A stretch of 64,000 nucleotides of DNA from Mycobacteriales bacterium (GTDB taxonomy: Bacteria > Actinomycetota > Actinomycetes > JAFAQI01), in the NCBI GenBank assembly GCA_036268295.1, contig DATAUK010000005.1, positions 45,624-109,623 on the forward strand, in the 5' to 3' direction. Numbering within the stretch: position 1 is the first letter of the stretch; every line of letters starts with the position of its first letter. Positions 1 through 11,717 of the stretch are shown piece after piece. The translations under genes were made by a program, and so were the position numbers. The notes beneath the pieces are model-generated. The model saw only the letters and a program-made list of their open reading frames with translations. It searched no databases and was not told the DNA's origin.

Positions 1-2
1 GG

Positions 3-1013
3 ATGCGACTGGAGATCCCGTGGCCGGACCTTGCCAGCTATCCGTCGTACGGACTGGTCCGGCCGCGGCAGGACTTCGATGAGGTGCTCGCCCGGGCCGC
101 GCAGAAGTCCGGCGCACAGCTGCATGAGCTGACGACCGTCGTCGCCCCGGTCCGCAACGAGCGCACCGGCCGGCTCGAGGGCGTCACCACGAAGGACGGT
201 CGCACCGTGCGGGCGCCGATCACCCTCGTTGCCGACGGCAACAGCTCGCGGTTCTCCCTTGCGCTGGACCGCCAGCGCCGCGAGGACCGGCCGATGGGCG
301 TCGCCTACCGCCGCTACTTCAACAGCCCGCGCCACGACGACGATTGGCTCGAGTCTTGGCTCGAGCTCTGGGACGGCAAGCCGGGCGAGGGCCGGCTGCT
401 GCCGGGCTACGGCTGGGTGTTCGGCGTCGGTGACGGCACGAGCAACGTCGGTCTCGGCATCCTCAACACCTCGGACGCCTTCGGCAAGACCGACTACCGC
501 GCGATGCTCGACAGCTGGCTCGCCTCGCTTCCGGTCGAGTGGGGCTTCGTCGAGGAGAACGCAACCGGACCGACGCGCGGCGCGGCGCTGCCGATGGGCT
601 TCAACCGCAAGCCGCATTACGCCGACGGCGCGTTGCTCGTCGGCGATGCCGGCGGGATGGTCAACCCGATGAACGGTGAGGGCATCGCCTACGCCATGGA
701 GTCCGGCCGGCTCGCCGCCGAGATCGTCGCTCAGGCGCTGGCTGAGCCCGCCGGCGCCCGACGTGAGCGCGTCCTCGAGGGCTATCCCAAGGTGCTGAGC
801 GACACCTACGGCGGCTACTACACGATCGGCCGGGTCTTCGTGAAGGCGATCGGTCACCCCTCGGTGATGAAGCTCTGCACCCGCCACGGCCTGCCTCACC
901 CAGCGCTGATGAGGTTCTGCCTGAAGCTGCTCGCCAACCTCGCCGAGCCGCAGGGCGGCGATGCGATGGACCGCATCATCAGCGGACTCAACCGGCTGAC
1001 CCCGGCCGCCTGA
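3..1013 (+). CDS. geranylgeranyl reductase family FAD-dependent oxidoreductase (menaquinone/isoprenoid side-chain reductase-like), 5'-partial
   Basis: 336-aa ORF running off the window start. Translation carries the GDAGG...NP..GEGI motifs and overall look of the geranylgeranyl reductase family. It ends 79 bp before nuoA. Confidence 0.75.
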   Translation: MRLEIPWPDLASYPSYGLVRPRQDFDEVLARAAQKSGAQLHELTTVVAPVRNERTGRLEGVTTKDGRTVRAPITLVADGNSSRFSLALDRQRREDRPMGVAYRRYFNSPRHDDDWLESWLELWDGKPGEGRLLPGYGWVFGVGDGTSNVGLGILNTSDAFGKTDYRAMLDSWLASLPVEWGFVEENATGPTRGAALPMGFNRKPHYADGALLVGDAGGMVNPMNGEGIAYAMESGRLAAEIVAQALAEPAGARRERVLEGYPKVLSDTYGGYYTIGRVFVKAIGHPSVMKLCTRHGLPHPALMRFCLKLLANLAEPQGGDAMDRIISGLNRLTPAA

Positions 1014-1015
1014 CT

Positions 1016-1029
1016 CGCCTCCGGAGGCG
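1016..1029. terminator. 14-bp perfect palindrome cgcctccggaggcg just after the reductase stop codon (possible terminator or operator upstream of nuoA)
   Basis: Read directly: the sequence equals its own reverse complement. It lies 3 bp after the TGA at 1011-1013. Confidence 0.3.
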
Positions 1030-1091
1030 GCACCTAGACTTTCCACGGCTTTAACACCCGGTGGCTACGACGACAGCGAAGGAGCGCGGAG

Positions 1092-1442
1092 ATGGTCCCG
1101 ATCTTGATCCTGGCGATCCTCGGCGGTGGCTTCGCGCTGTTCTCGGTCGTTGCCGGCTCGCTGTCCGGGCCGAAGCGGTTCAACCGGGCCAAGCTCGAGG
1201 CCTACGAGTGCGGCATCGAGCCGACGCCGCAGGCCTTCCGCGGCCACCGGCTTCCGGTGAAGTACTACCTCACCGCGATGCTGTTCATCGTCTTCGACAT
1301 CGAGATCGTGTTCGTCTATCCGTGGGCGGTCTACTTCAACCAGCTCGGGCTGTTCGGCCTGATCGAGATGGTGCTGTTCATCGCTGCGGTCTTCGTGGTC
1401 TACGCCTACGTCTGGCGACGGGGCGGGCTCGAGTGGGACTGA
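1092..1442 (+). CDS. nuoA: NADH-quinone oxidoreductase subunit A
   Basis: 116-aa three-helix membrane protein with the NuoA/ND3 motifs (YECGIEP, FDIEIVF). First gene of a contiguous nuo cluster. Confidence 0.9.
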   Translation: MVPILILAILGGGFALFSVVAGSLSGPKRFNRAKLEAYECGIEPTPQAFRGHRLPVKYYLTAMLFIVFDIEIVFVYPWAVYFNQLGLFGLIEMVLFIAAVFVVYAYVWRRGGLEWD

Positions 1443-1448
1443 TCTGAG

Positions 1449-2057
1449 GTGGGTATCGAAGAGAAGATCCCTGACGGGATCCTGCTGACCACCGTTTCCA
1501 AGGTGCTGAACATCGCCCGGAAGAACTCGGTGTGGCCGGCGCAGTTCGGTCTTGCCTGTTGCGCCATCGAAATGATGGCGGTGGGCGGGCCTCGCTTCGA
1601 CATCGCGCGGTTCGGCATGGAGCGGTTCAGTGCCTCGCCGCGGCAGGCCGACCTGATGATCGTCGCCGGCCGGGTTTCGCAGAAGATGGCGCCGGTCCTT
1701 CGCCAGATCTACGACCAGATGCCCGAGCCCAAGTGGGTGCTCGCGATGGGCGTCTGCGCGAGCAGCGGCGGGATGTTCAACAACTACGCGATCGTGCAGG
1801 GCGTCGACCACGTCGTGCCGGTCGACATGTATCTCCCGGGTTGTCCGCCGCGCCCCGAGATGCTGCTCGACGCGATCCTCAAGCTGCACGACAAGATCCG
1901 TACCGGCCCGATCAGCGGCAAGCCGAACTGGACCGAGATCGACGACGCGCCGTACGTCAAGCCGATCGAGCGCGACACCCGCGCCTCAAAGGGCCTCGCC
2001 GAAGACGTCGAGATCATGCCGTACCTCACCGCACCGAATGCGGGAGGTGAGGCATGA
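1449..2057 (+). CDS. nuoB: NADH-quinone oxidoreductase subunit B
   Basis: CCxxE...GxCxxxGG...CPP cysteine pattern of the N2 Fe-S subunit. Stop overlaps the nuoC start (ATGA). Confidence 0.95.
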   Translation: MGIEEKIPDGILLTTVSKVLNIARKNSVWPAQFGLACCAIEMMAVGGPRFDIARFGMERFSASPRQADLMIVAGRVSQKMAPVLRQIYDQMPEPKWVLAMGVCASSGGMFNNYAIVQGVDHVVPVDMYLPGCPPRPEMLLDAILKLHDKIRTGPISGKPNWTEIDDAPYVKPIERDTRASKGLAEDVEIMPYLTAPNAGGEA

Positions 2058-2815
2058 CCGAGCCGACCGGCCAAGGCGGCGAGCGCCACGCTGAGCCCAC
2101 TGGTCGCGGCGGCAACCGCCACGCTGAGCCCACTGGTCGCGGCGGCAAGCGCCACGCTGAGCCCACTGGTCGCGGCGGCAAGCGCCACGACATGTTCGGC
2201 GCGAGCGGGTTCGGTGACACCTCCGGTTTCGGTGGTCTCGTCGTCCGCGAGCCGCAGCTGGTGTCGAGCCCGAAGCCGTACGGCGAATGGTTCGACGATG
2301 CGACCGGTGCCCTCGAGGAGGCCTACCCGGGCTTTGCCGACGGGATCGAACGAGTCGTTGTGCATCGCGGCGAGCTGACGATCTATGTGAAGCGTGAGGC
2401 GCTGATCGAGCTGGTCACGCTGCTCCGTGACGACCCGCGGCTGCGCTTCGAGATGTGCGCAAGCGTGTCGGGCGTGGACTATCCCGCCGATCCTTCCGGC
2501 CGCCGGCTGCACGCGGTCTACCACCTGCTGTCGATGACGTTCCGTCGCCGGCTTCGCCTCGAGGTATCGGTGACGGCGGAGGACCCGCACGTCCCGAGCG
2601 TCACCGAGGTCTATCCGACCGCCAACTGGCAGGAGCGGGAGACCTGGGACTTCTTCGGCATCCGCTTCGACGGGCACCCCGGGCTGACCCGGATCGAGAT
2701 GCCCGACGACTGGCCCGGCCACCCGCAGCGCAAGGACTACCCGCTTGGCGGCATCCCGGTCGAATACAAGGGCGCGATGGTGCCGCCGCCCGACGAGCGG
2801 CGGTCCTACGCATGA
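2054..2815 (+). CDS. nuoC: NADH-quinone oxidoreductase subunit C (30 kDa subunit) with a repeat-containing N-terminus
   Basis: C-terminal 200 aa are typical NuoC. ATG overlaps the nuoB stop. N-terminus carries [10 protein letters not shown](K/N) repeats encoded by a 33-bp tandem repeat. Confidence 0.88.
   Translation: MTEPTGQGGERHAEPTGRGGNRHAEPTGRGGKRHAEPTGRGGKRHDMFGASGFGDTSGFGGLVVREPQLVSSPKPYGEWFDDATGALEEAYPGFADGIERVVVHRGELTIYVKREALIELVTLLRDDPRLRFEMCASVSGVDYPADPSGRRLHAVYHLLSMTFRRRLRLEVSVTAEDPHVPSVTEVYPTANWQERETWDFFGIRFDGHPGLTRIEMPDDWPGHPQRKDYPLGGIPVEYKGAMVPPPDERRSYA
2085..2191 (+). repeat. perfect 33-bp tandem repeat (3 full copies plus a partial) inside the nuoC 5' coding region
   Basis: Copies at 2085-2117, 2118-2150 and 2151-2183 of cgccacgctgagcccactggtcgcggcggcaa(c/g), plus an 8-nt partial copy. 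A degenerate copy lies upstream. The unit is in frame (11 aa). Confidence 0.9.
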
Positions 2816-4236
2816 CGACGCCAGAGACCCACGCGACACAGCCCAGCGGGACCACCGAGGCCTCGGCCAACGAGTCGGCGGCCGACGAGAGCTACACCAG
2901 CTATTACGCCGAGAGCGACCCGTACGGCGGCGCCGAGCCCGAGGGCGAAGGCCGGGTGTTCACCGTCGGTGGCGGCGGTGACTGGGACGATGTCGTCGAC
3001 GCGATCGATCCGAGTGAGAACGAGCGGATCGTCGTCAACATGGGGCCGCAGCACCCATCGACGCACGGGGTGCTCCGGCTGGTCCTGGAGCTCGAGGGCG
3101 AGACCGTGATGCAGACCCGGCCGGTGATCGGCTATCTGCATACCGGCATCGAGAAGAACATGGAGTTCCGCAACTGGACCCAGGGCGTGACGTTCATCAC
3201 CCGCGCCGACTACCTGGCGCCGATGTTCAACGAGGCGACGTACTGTCTCGGGGTCGAGCGGTTGCTCGACATCGAGGACCAGATCCCGGAGCGGGTGAAG
3301 GTGCTGCGGGTGCTCGTGCTGGAGCTGCAGCGGATCTCCTCGCACCTGGTGTGGCTCGGCACCGGTGGCCTCGAGCTCGGAGCGCTGACCGCCATGTTGC
3401 TCGCGTTCCGCGAGCGCGAGGACATCAGCCGGATCTTCGAGATGATCACCGGCCTGCGGATGAACCATGCCTACATCCGGCCCGGCGGCGTCGCGCAGGA
3501 CATTCCGCCCGGCGCGGTCGATGCGATCCGCGAGTTCGTGCCGGAGATGCGCCGCCGGATCGACGAGTACGAAGACCTGCTCTCAGCCAACCCGATCTGG
3601 ATCGCGCGGACCAAGGGCGTTGGCTACCTCGACACCGAGGCCTGCATGCAGCTCGGCGTGACCGGTCCGATGTTGCGCGCGTCCGGGCTGGCTTGGGACC
3701 TGCGCAAGGAGATGCCGGTTCTCGGATACGAGACCTACGACTTCGATGTCGTCACCGAGACCGAGGGTGACTGCTACGCGAGATATCTGGTGCGGATCAA
3801 CGAGATGCGACAGTCGCTGCGGATCATCAGCCAGGCGCTCGACCGACTGCGCCCCGGCCCGACGATGGTCGCCGACAAGAAGATTGCGTGGCCGGCGCAG
3901 CTCGCGCTCGGCGCCGACGGTCTCGGCAACTCCCTCGACCACATCCGCACCATCATGGGGACCTCGATGGAGGCGCTGATCCATCACTTCAAGCTTGTCA
4001 CCGAGGGCTTCCGGGTGCCGGCCGGACAGGCATACGTTCCGATCGAGTCGCCGCGCGGCGAGCTCGGTGCTCACGTCGTTTCCGACGGCGGCACCAGGCC
4101 CTACCGGGTGCATGTGCGCGACCCAAGCTTTGTCAATCTGCAGTCCGTGCCGGCGCTCACCGAGGGCGGCATGATCTCTGACGTCGTTGCCAGCGTTGCC
4201 AGCGTCGACCCCGTCATGGGTGGGGTGGACCGATAG
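2812..4236 (+). CDS. nuoD: NADH-quinone oxidoreductase subunit D (49 kDa subunit)
   Basis: ATG at 2812 overlaps the nuoC TGA. Conserved NuoD/NiFe-hydrogenase-like large-subunit sequence. The track ORF starting at 2455 begins too early, inside nuoC. Confidence 0.92.
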   Translation: MTTPETHATQPSGTTEASANESAADESYTSYYAESDPYGGAEPEGEGRVFTVGGGGDWDDVVDAIDPSENERIVVNMGPQHPSTHGVLRLVLELEGETVMQTRPVIGYLHTGIEKNMEFRNWTQGVTFITRADYLAPMFNEATYCLGVERLLDIEDQIPERVKVLRVLVLELQRISSHLVWLGTGGLELGALTAMLLAFREREDISRIFEMITGLRMNHAYIRPGGVAQDIPPGAVDAIREFVPEMRRRIDEYEDLLSANPIWIARTKGVGYLDTEACMQLGVTGPMLRASGLAWDLRKEMPVLGYETYDFDVVTETEGDCYARYLVRINEMRQSLRIISQALDRLRPGPTMVADKKIAWPAQLALGADGLGNSLDHIRTIMGTSMEALIHHFKLVTEGFRVPAGQAYVPIESPRGELGAHVVSDGGTRPYRVHVRDPSFVNLQSVPALTEGGMISDVVASVASVDPVMGGVDR

Positions 4237-4871
4237 TGCTCTCCGACGAGACCCGCCGGCTTGCGCCGGAGATCGTCGCCCGCTATCCGAAGCCGCGGTC
4301 GGCGTTGCTGCCGTTGCTTCATTTGGTGCAGAGCGACGAGGGCTACGTCAGCCCCGAAGGCATCGCGTTGTGCGCCGAGGTGCTCGACCTGACCAAGGCC
4401 GAGGTCAGCGCGGTCTCGACCTTCTACACGATGTACAAGCGCAAGCCGGTTGGTGACTACCACGTCGGCGTCTGCACCAACACGTTGTGCGCGGTCATGG
4501 GTGGCGACGCGATCTACGACGCGTTGAAGGAGCACACCGGCATCACGACTCAGAACGGTGTGACCGATGACGGCAAGGTCTCGCTCGAGCACATCGAGTG
4601 CAACGCGGCCTGCGACTTCGCGCCGGTGATGATGGTCAACTGGGAGTTCTTCGACAACCAGACGCCGGAGTCGGCGCGCATCCTGGTCGACTCGCTGCGC
4701 TCCGGCGCGCCGGTCAAGCCGACCCGCGGCGCCGACACGGTCTGCACCTGGCGCGAGGCCGAGCGGGTGCTTGCCGGCTATCACGACGGTCGCGCCGACG
4801 AAGGCGTCGCAGCGGGTCCGGCAACTCTTGAGGGCCTGAAGCTGGCGAACGAGCGCGGTGACAAAGCGTGA
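4236..4871 (+). CDS. nuoE: NADH-quinone oxidoreductase subunit E (24 kDa, 2Fe-2S)
   Basis: Thioredoxin-like 2Fe-2S subunit with the C..C...C..C pattern. GTG start overlaps the nuoD stop. Confidence 0.9.
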   Translation: MLSDETRRLAPEIVARYPKPRSALLPLLHLVQSDEGYVSPEGIALCAEVLDLTKAEVSAVSTFYTMYKRKPVGDYHVGVCTNTLCAVMGGDAIYDALKEHTGITTQNGVTDDGKVSLEHIECNAACDFAPVMMVNWEFFDNQTPESARILVDSLRSGAPVKPTRGADTVCTWREAERVLAGYHDGRADEGVAAGPATLEGLKLANERGDKA

Positions 4872-6169
4872 AACTTACACCGGTGCTGTCGGCCAATTGG
4901 GCCGACGAGAAGCCATGGACCATAGACGGGTACGGCGGTGACTACTCGGCTGCGCGCAAGGCGCTGACGACGATGGAGCCCGACGCCGTGATCGCCATGG
5001 TGAAGGACTCGGGGCTGCGGGGGCGTGGCGGCGCCGGCTTCCCGACCGGTAGCAAGTGGAGCTTCATCCCGCAGGGCGACGGCAAGCCGCACTACCTGGT
5101 GGTCAACGCAGACGAGTCCGAGCCGGGCACCTGCAAGGACATCCCGCTGATGCTCGCCAACCCGCACATGCTGGTCGAGGGCATCGTCATCACCTGCTTC
5201 GCGATCAGGTCCAACCTGGCATTCATCTACGTCCGTGGCGAGGTCCTTCACGTCGTACGACGGGTGCAGGCGGCGGTCGCTGAGGCCTACGAGAAGGGCT
5301 TGCTCGGCAAGAACCTGTTCGGGACCGGCTTCGACCTCGAGGTCGTCGTGCACGCCGGCGCGGGTGCCTATATCTGCGGCGAGGAGACCGCGCTGCTCGA
5401 CTCGCTCGAGGGCTACCGCGGCCAGCCGAGACTGCGCCCACCGTTCCCCGCCATCGCCGGTCTGTATGCCAGCCCGACCGTGGTCAACAACGTCGAGTCG
5501 ATCGCCAGCGTGCCGCCGATCATCAATCGCGGGGTCGAGTGGTTCAAGACGATGGGCCGCGAGAAGTCGCCGGGCTTCACGCTCTACTCGCTGTCCGGTC
5601 ACGTGACCCGGCCCGGTCAGTACGAAGCGCCGCTCGGCGTGACGCTGCGCGAGCTGCTCGACCTCGCCGGTGGGGTGCGCGAAGGCCACGAGCTGAAGTT
5701 CTGGACGCCGGGCGGGTCGTCGACGCCGCTGCTGACCGCCGATCATCTTGACTCCCCGCTCGACTACGAAGGCATGACCGAGGCCGGCTCGATGCTCGGC
5801 ACCAAGGCGCTGCAGATCTTCGACGAGACGACGTGCGTGGTGCGGGCAGCGCTGCGCTGGACCGAGTTCTATGCGCACGAGTCGTGCGGCAAGTGCACGC
5901 CATGTCGGGAGGGCACGTTCTGGATGGTGCAGATCCTGGAGCGACTCGAAGCCGGCGACGCTGACGACTCCGATGTCGACACCCTGCTCGACGCCTGCGA
6001 CAACATCCTGGGCCGAGCATTCTGCGCTCTCGCCGACGGCGCGGTCAGCCCGATCACGTCGTCGGTGCAGTTCTTCCGGTCCGAGTACGTCGCTCACTGG
6101 GAGAACGGCGGCTGTCCGTTCGACCCGGCCGCCGCCACATTGTTCGCACCCGCTGGAGCCTCGACATGA
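4868..6169 (+). CDS. nuoF: NADH-quinone oxidoreductase subunit F (51 kDa, FMN/NADH-binding)
   Basis: [10 protein letters not shown] motif and the 4Fe-4S cysteines [12 protein letters not shown]. Confidence 0.95.
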   Translation: MKLTPVLSANWADEKPWTIDGYGGDYSAARKALTTMEPDAVIAMVKDSGLRGRGGAGFPTGSKWSFIPQGDGKPHYLVVNADESEPGTCKDIPLMLANPHMLVEGIVITCFAIRSNLAFIYVRGEVLHVVRRVQAAVAEAYEKGLLGKNLFGTGFDLEVVVHAGAGAYICGEETALLDSLEGYRGQPRLRPPFPAIAGLYASPTVVNNVESIASVPPIINRGVEWFKTMGREKSPGFTLYSLSGHVTRPGQYEAPLGVTLRELLDLAGGVREGHELKFWTPGGSSTPLLTADHLDSPLDYEGMTEAGSMLGTKALQIFDETTCVVRAALRWTEFYAHESCGKCTPCREGTFWMVQILERLEAGDADDSDVDTLLDACDNILGRAFCALADGAVSPITSSVQFFRSEYVAHWENGGCPFDPAAATLFAPAGAST

Positions 6170-6221
6170 CCAGCACCCAACGAAATCGCTCGCGGCGCTC
6201 ACGATTGCGCGGGGAGCCCGA

Positions 6222-8651
6222 ATGACGATGACGAAGCCCGAAGCGGGCGGCGACGGTCCCGCACCGGTCGGGATGGTCAACGCGACGATCGACGGCATCG
6301 CGATCACCGTCCCGAAGGACACCCTGATCATCCGGGCCGCAGAGCTGGTCGGCATCCAGGTTCCGAGGTTCTGCGACCACCCGCTGCTCGACCCGATCGG
6401 CGCCTGCCGGCAGTGCATCGTCGAGGTCGAAGGTCAGCGCAAGCCACTCGCCTCCTGCACGGTCACGGTCACCGAGGGCATGGTGATCAAGACCCAGCTG
6501 ACATCGGCGGTCGCCGAGAAGGCACAGGTCGGCAACCTCGAGTTCCTGTTGCTCAACCACCCGCTCGACTGCCCGGTTTGCGACAAGGGCGGCGAGTGCC
6601 CGCTGCAGAACCAGACGTTGCACAACGGCGCCGCCGAGAGCCGGTTCAAGGACGTCAAGCGGACGTATGAGAAGCCGATCGAGATCTCCTCCCAGGTCTT
6701 GCTCGACCGCGAGCGCTGCGTGCTCTGTGCACGCTGCACCCGGTTCTCGCAGCAGATCGCGGGCGATCCGTTCATCGAGCTGTTCGAACGCGGCGCCCTC
6801 GAGCAGGTGGCGATCTTCGACGGCGAGCCGTTCTCGTCGTACTTCTCCGGCAACACGGTGCAGATCTGCCCGGTCGGCGCGCTGACCGGATCGCAGTATC
6901 GCTTCCGGGCCCGGCCCTTCGACCTGGTGTCAACGCCGTCGGTGTGCGAGCACTGCGCGTCAGGCTGCCAGCAGCGCACCGACTGGCGCCGCGGCAAGGT
7001 GCTGCGCCGCCTCGCCGGCGACGACGATGACGTCAACGAGGAGTGGAACTGCGACAAGGGCCGCTGGTCCTTCGGCTACGCGACCGCGCGCGACCGGCTG
7101 ACCACGCCGCTGGTTCGCGACGCGGACGGCTATCTCGTCGAGGCGTCGTGGAGCGAGGCGATCGCGAGGGCCGCAGCCGGCCTGGCGAAGGCCGGCAGCA
7201 AGGTCGGCGTCCTCACCGGCGGCCGGCTCACCGTCGAGGACGCCTACGCCTACTCGAAGTTCGCTCGCGTCGTGCTCGGCACCAACGACATCGACTTCCG
7301 CGCCCGGCCGCACTCGGTCGAGGAGCAGGACTTCCTTGCCAGTCGCGTCGCCGGCCGCTACCTCGAGACGACGTACGCCGATCTCGAGTCGGCGCCCGCC
7401 GTCGTCCTCGCCGGCTTCGAACCGGAAGAAGAGTCACCCATCGTCTTCCTGCGGCTTCGTAAGGCCGTCGACAAGCGAGGGCTCGCGGTGTTCGGCGTCG
7501 CGCCGTTCGCCACGACCGGTCTGACCAAGTTGCGCGGCCGGTTGCTGAGCAGCCTGCCCGGCGCCGAGGCCGGCGTGCTCACCTCGCTCGCCGACACCTC
7601 GTCGACCGATGAGGCCGTCGCCGCCGCGGCGGCCGCGCTGGCCAGACCCGGGGCAGTCATCCTGGTCGGCGAGCGGCTGGGGACCTCGCCGGGTGCGCTG
7701 AGCGCCGCCGCGAGTCTGGCCGACAAGACCGGGGCACGGCTGGCCTGGGTACCGCGCCGAGCCGGCGACCGGGGAGCGATCGAGGTCGGTTGCGTTCCTG
7801 GTCTGCTGCCGGGTGGCCGGCCGATCCTCGACGGTGCCGCGCGCGAGCACCTGGCGATGGTGTGGGGTGCGAGCGTCCCGTCCGGTCCGGGCCGCGGTGG
7901 CGATGCGATCCTCGCCGACGCCGCCGCCGGCGAGGTGGCCCTCGTCGTGGCCGGGGTCGATCCGGGTGATCTGGCTGATCCCGATCTGGCGCTCAAGGCG
8001 CTCGAGTCGGCGCCGTTCGTTGTCAGCTTCGAGGTTCGCGAGTCGGCTGTGACGGACCGCGCGGACGTGGTCTTCCCGGTGGCGCCGGTCGTCGAGAAGT
8101 CGGGAAGCTACCTCGACTGGGAAGGCCGGGTCCGACCGTTCGACGCGACACTGGAAGCCAGTGGCGCGATGGGTGATGGCCGGGTCCTCGACCGGCTCGC
8201 CGCCGCGCTCGGCACCGCGCTCGGCACCGCAGAGCCTCGCGATGTCAAAGCCGAGATCGCTCGGATCGGCGCGTGGGACGGAGCCCGCCCGACCGCCCCG
8301 TCGCACCAGGCCGGCACGGCCGCGAAGCCCGGCGCCGGCGAGGCGGTCCTGGCCACCTGGCACCACCTGCTCGACGAGGGCCGGTTGCAGGAGCACGAGC
8401 CGCACCTCGCCGGCACCCGCAAGCCGGCCGTCGTACGGCTGAGCGCGGCGACCGCGGGCAGGCTCGGGGTCGCCGACGGCACCGAGGTCACGGTGAGCAC
8501 CGACCGCGGCTCGATTACGCTGCCGCTCGCGATCACCGCGTTGCCCGACCAGGTGGTCTGGCTGCCGACCTGCTCGGCGGGCTCGCATGTCCACTCGATG
8601 CTCGGCGCCGGCAGCGGCGCGGTTGTCCGGCTGTCAGCGGGAGGCTCGTGA
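6222..8651 (+). CDS. nuoG: NADH-quinone oxidoreductase subunit G (75 kDa Fe-S subunit)
   Basis: N-terminal 2Fe-2S and 4Fe-4S cysteine clusters, molybdopterin-like C-terminal domain. Start placed at the ATG at 6222 (MTMTKPE), after the nuoF stop. The longer track ORF from 5871 overlaps nuoF. Confidence 0.9.
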   Translation: MTMTKPEAGGDGPAPVGMVNATIDGIAITVPKDTLIIRAAELVGIQVPRFCDHPLLDPIGACRQCIVEVEGQRKPLASCTVTVTEGMVIKTQLTSAVAEKAQVGNLEFLLLNHPLDCPVCDKGGECPLQNQTLHNGAAESRFKDVKRTYEKPIEISSQVLLDRERCVLCARCTRFSQQIAGDPFIELFERGALEQVAIFDGEPFSSYFSGNTVQICPVGALTGSQYRFRARPFDLVSTPSVCEHCASGCQQRTDWRRGKVLRRLAGDDDDVNEEWNCDKGRWSFGYATARDRLTTPLVRDADGYLVEASWSEAIARAAAGLAKAGSKVGVLTGGRLTVEDAYAYSKFARVVLGTNDIDFRARPHSVEEQDFLASRVAGRYLETTYADLESAPAVVLAGFEPEEESPIVFLRLRKAVDKRGLAVFGVAPFATTGLTKLRGRLLSSLPGAEAGVLTSLADTSSTDEAVAAAAAALARPGAVILVGERLGTSPGALSAAASLADKTGARLAWVPRRAGDRGAIEVGCVPGLLPGGRPILDGAAREHLAMVWGASVPSGPGRGGDAILADAAAGEVALVVAGVDPGDLADPDLALKALESAPFVVSFEVRESAVTDRADVVFPVAPVVEKSGSYLDWEGRVRPFDATLEASGAMGDGRVLDRLAAALGTALGTAEPRDVKAEIARIGAWDGARPTAPSHQAGTAAKPGAGEAVLATWHHLLDEGRLQEHEPHLAGTRKPAVVRLSAATAGRLGVADGTEVTVSTDRGSITLPLAITALPDQVVWLPTCSAGSHVHSMLGAGSGAVVRLSAGGS

Positions 8652-9979
8652 TGTTCCACGTCGCAGCCGCCGCTACCGGCGGCACCGATCTTGGGGTGTT
8701 CGGCAACGACCCGTGGTGGCTCACGCTGTGCAAGTGCATCGTGGTCTTCGTCTTCCTCGTTGTCACGACGCTGCTGATGATCTGGGCCGAGCGCCGCGTC
8801 ATCGGACGGATGCAGGCCCGCCCCGGCCCGAACCGGGTCGGTCCGTTCGGCGTCGTGCAGGGTCTCGCCGACGGCATCAAGTTGGCGCTCAAAGAAGACC
8901 TGATCCCGGCCATGGTCGACAAGCCGCTCTACATTCTGGCGCCGGTGGTTGCGTGTGCGCCGGCGTTCCTGTCCTTCGCGGTGATCCCGGTCGGCCCGAT
9001 CGTGTCGATCGGTGGCCACCACAGCCCGCTGCAGATCACCGACCTGCCGGTCGCCGTCCTTTACATCCTCGCGATGGCCTCGATCGGGGTTTACGGCATC
9101 GTGCTGGCCGGCTGGTCGAGCCAGTCACCGTACCCCATGCTCGGCGCGCTTCGGTCGGCGGCACAGGTGATCTCCTACGAGGTCGCCATGGGCCTCGCAC
9201 TCGCCGGGGTGTTCCTGTACGCCGGATCGCTGTCGACCAGCCAGATCGTGACCTCGCAACACAAGCTCTGGTACGCGCTGCCACTGATCCCGTCGTTCCT
9301 GATCTACCTCATCGCGATGGTAGGCGAGACGAACCGGGCGCCGTTCGACCTCGCCGAGGCCGAGAGTGAGCTGGTCGCGGGCTTCCACACCGAGTACGCC
9401 TCGCTGAAGTTCGCGTTGTTCTTCCTTGCTGAGTACGTCAACGTCACGACCGTCTCGGCGCTGGCGACGACGCTGTTCCTCGGCGGCTGGCGGGCGCCGT
9501 GGCCGCTGTCACTTGTCGGCAACGATGCCCTCAACCACGGCTGGTGGCCGGTGCTGTGGTTCCTCGGCAAGGTCTTCGTGCTGCTGTTCGGCTTCATCTG
9601 GCTGCGCGGCACGCTGCCCCGGCTTCGCTATGACCAGTTCATGCGGCTGGGCTGGAAGGTCCTGATCCCGTTCAGCCTGGTCTGGATCCTGGTCGTCGCT
9701 GCGTTCCGCGAGCTGACCAACGAGGGCCGCACCCGGGTCCAGACTCTCGCCTACGTCGGCATCCCGGTCGCTGCGCTCGTGCTGATCTGGTCGTTCATCA
9801 CCGAGTCGCGCGCGAGCAAGCTGGCGAAAGCCGAGGAGCAGGCCGCGACCGAGCAGTTAGAAGGGTCGGTGGATCGCGGCGGCTCCTACCCGATCCCGTC
9901 GCTGATGGGCCCGCCGACGCTCGATGTCACTGCCATCTCGGTGGCGTCCGACGGCTCCACGGAGGTGCTCGATGGCTGA
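8651..9979 (+). CDS. nuoH: NADH-quinone oxidoreductase subunit H
   Basis: Polytopic membrane protein of the NuoH/ND1 family. ATG at 8651 overlaps the nuoG TGA. Confidence 0.93.
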   Translation: MFHVAAAATGGTDLGVFGNDPWWLTLCKCIVVFVFLVVTTLLMIWAERRVIGRMQARPGPNRVGPFGVVQGLADGIKLALKEDLIPAMVDKPLYILAPVVACAPAFLSFAVIPVGPIVSIGGHHSPLQITDLPVAVLYILAMASIGVYGIVLAGWSSQSPYPMLGALRSAAQVISYEVAMGLALAGVFLYAGSLSTSQIVTSQHKLWYALPLIPSFLIYLIAMVGETNRAPFDLAEAESELVAGFHTEYASLKFALFFLAEYVNVTTVSALATTLFLGGWRAPWPLSLVGNDALNHGWWPVLWFLGKVFVLLFGFIWLRGTLPRLRYDQFMRLGWKVLIPFSLVWILVVAAFRELTNEGRTRVQTLAYVGIPVAALVLIWSFITESRASKLAKAEEQAATEQLEGSVDRGGSYPIPSLMGPPTLDVTAISVASDGSTEVLDG

Positions 9980-10625
9980 CGACGAACTGCAGCCGATCGA
10001 CAGCGAGGCGGTGCCCGAAGCTGTGGCGTCGACCCCGGAGGCTCACGGCTCGAGCGAGCCGCAGCGCAAGAAGCCGTCGGTGCTCAAGGATCTGGTGGCT
10101 CCGGTCGCTGGCTTCGGCGTGACGTTCCGGACCATGCTGACCAAGCCGGTGACCGAGGAATACCCGGAGCAGAAGGTGCCGACCGCGCCGCGCTACCACG
10201 GCCGCCACCTGCTCAACCGTCACGCCGACGGCCTCGAGAAATGCGTCGGCTGCGAGCTGTGCGCCTGGGCCTGCCCGGCTGATGCGATCTACGTCGAAGG
10301 CGCCGACAACACCGAGGAGGCGCGGTTCTCGCCGGGCGAGCGCTACGGCGCTGTCTACCAGATCAACTACCTGCGCTGCATCTTCTGCGGGTTGTGCATC
10401 GAAGCCTGCCCGACCCGGGCGCTGACGATGACCAACGAGTACGAGCTGGCTGATGACAGTCGCGAGGACCTTATCTTCACCAAGGACCAGCTCCTCGCGC
10501 CGCTGCACGGCGACATGGAGGCACCGCCTCACCCGATGCGGCTCGGCGACACCGAGAAGGCCTACTACGCCGGCCAGCCGGCCACGTCGCCACCCACGCC
10601 GCCACCCACGGAGGCCCACGAGTGA
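9972..10625 (+). CDS. nuoI: NADH-quinone oxidoreductase subunit I (2x4Fe-4S ferredoxin)
   Basis: Two CxxCxxCxxxCP motifs. Start MADDELQ at 9972 overlaps the nuoH end. Confidence 0.93.
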   Translation: MADDELQPIDSEAVPEAVASTPEAHGSSEPQRKKPSVLKDLVAPVAGFGVTFRTMLTKPVTEEYPEQKVPTAPRYHGRHLLNRHADGLEKCVGCELCAWACPADAIYVEGADNTEEARFSPGERYGAVYQINYLRCIFCGLCIEACPTRALTMTNEYELADDSREDLIFTKDQLLAPLHGDMEAPPHPMRLGDTEKAYYAGQPATSPPTPPPTEAHE

Positions 10626-11401
10626 CCGGGCTTTTGGTTGCGGCTGGTCAGGGCGGCGCCGCGCCGTTGCACGAGGCGTTCCTGTTCTGGATCCTCGCGC
10701 CGCTCGCGGTGGGGGCGGCGCTCGGCATGGTGTTCGCCCGAAGCGCAGTGCACGCGGCGCTGCTGCTCGCGGTTGTGATGCTCTGTCTCGCCGCGTTCTA
10801 CACCGCCGAGAACGCGCCGTTCCTCGCCGTCGTCCAGGTGGTCGTCTACACCGGCGCCGTGCTGATGCTGTTCTTGTTCGTGCTGATGCTGATCGGCGTC
10901 GACTCGGTCGATTCGCTGGTCGAGACTTTGCGCGGCCAACGGGTCGCGGCGTTGGTCATCGGCCTTGGGTTCGCGATCCTGCTGATCGCCTCCATCGCGA
11001 GTGCGCTCGGTGGATTCCACAACGTCGGAGTCACTGCTGCCGAAGGCGGCAAAGGCAACGTCGCCGGCATCGCGCAACTGCTCTTCAGCCGATATGTCTT
11101 CGCCTTCGAAGCGACCAGCGGCCTGCTGATCGTCGCCGGTCTCGGTGCGATGGTGCTGGCGCATCGCGAGCCGCTCGAGGTGCGGCGTAACCAGCAGGAG
11201 CGGATGCGCGAACGGGCGGCACGAGGCGGCGCTGGCGTCGGACCGCTGCCGGGACCAGGGGTGTACGCCGACCACAACGCCGTCGACACCGCGGCGCTGC
11301 TGCCCGACGGCAGCATCGCGCCGACCAGCGTGCCCGCCTACCTGCAGGTGGCCGCCGCCCGCCCGCATGTGGACGCCATCGACAAAGAGCTGGAGCGCTG
11401 A
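10622..11401 (+). CDS. nuoJ: NADH-quinone oxidoreductase subunit J
   Basis: Hydrophobic NuoJ/ND6-like protein in the expected operon position. Confidence 0.88.
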   Translation: MTGLLVAAGQGGAAPLHEAFLFWILAPLAVGAALGMVFARSAVHAALLLAVVMLCLAAFYTAENAPFLAVVQVVVYTGAVLMLFLFVLMLIGVDSVDSLVETLRGQRVAALVIGLGFAILLIASIASALGGFHNVGVTAAEGGKGNVAGIAQLLFSRYVFAFEATSGLLIVAGLGAMVLAHREPLEVRRNQQERMRERAARGGAGVGPLPGPGVYADHNAVDTAALLPDGSIAPTSVPAYLQVAAARPHVDAIDKELER

Positions 11402-11406
11402 TTGAG

Positions 11407-11706
11407 ATGAGCGTCAGCTACTACCTCTACCTCTCGGCGGTGCTGTTCACTATCGGGGCTATCGGCGTGCTGGTCCGGCGCAACGCGATCGTCGTATTCA
11501 TGTGCATCGAGCTGATGCTCAACGCGGTCAACCTCACGCTGGTGACGTTCGCGCGCCTCAACGGCAACCTCGATGGTCAGATCATTGCGTTCTTCGTGAT
11601 GGTGGTCGCGGCTGCTGAGGTCGTCGTGGGTCTCGCGATCATCATGTCCATCTTCCGTTCCCGGCGGTCCGCTTCCGTCGACGACGCCAACCTGTTGAAG
11701 TACTGA
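11407..11706 (+). CDS. nuoK: NADH-quinone oxidoreductase subunit K
   Basis: 99-aa three-TM protein of the NuoK/ND4L family. Confidence 0.93.
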   Translation: MSVSYYLYLSAVLFTIGAIGVLVRRNAIVVFMCIELMLNAVNLTLVTFARLNGNLDGQIIAFFVMVVAAAEVVVGLAIIMSIFRSRRSASVDDANLLKY

Positions 11707-11717
11707 GGCGCGCGCCG

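Noticed and set aside
229-672. 147-aa alternative-frame ORF inside the geranylgeranyl reductase gene
   Set aside because: Low-complexity Ala/Ser/Thr/Arg product within a well-supported gene.
2054-2200. Possibility that the 33-bp repeat is a CRISPR-like or regulatory non-coding array
   Set aside because: The repeats are contiguous with no spacers and in frame. They lie immediately after a coupled ATGA start, and no cas genes are present.
2455-2811. N-terminal 119 codons of the track's nuoD ORF ([12 protein letters not shown]...)
   Set aside because: They are out-of-frame overlap with nuoC. The conserved NuoD sequence and a stop-start overlap with nuoC begin at 2812.
5871-6221. Upstream extension of the nuoG ORF overlapping nuoF
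   Set aside because: Ser/Arg/Thr-rich and overlaps the nuoF C-terminus. The ATG at 6222 follows the nuoF stop and begins the conserved NuoG N-terminus.
4781-6418. 545-aa minus-strand ORF antisense to nuoF/nuoG
   Set aside because: Arg/Ala/Gly/Asp-rich translation typical of antisense frames in ~70% GC DNA. It fully overlaps two strongly supported nuo genes.
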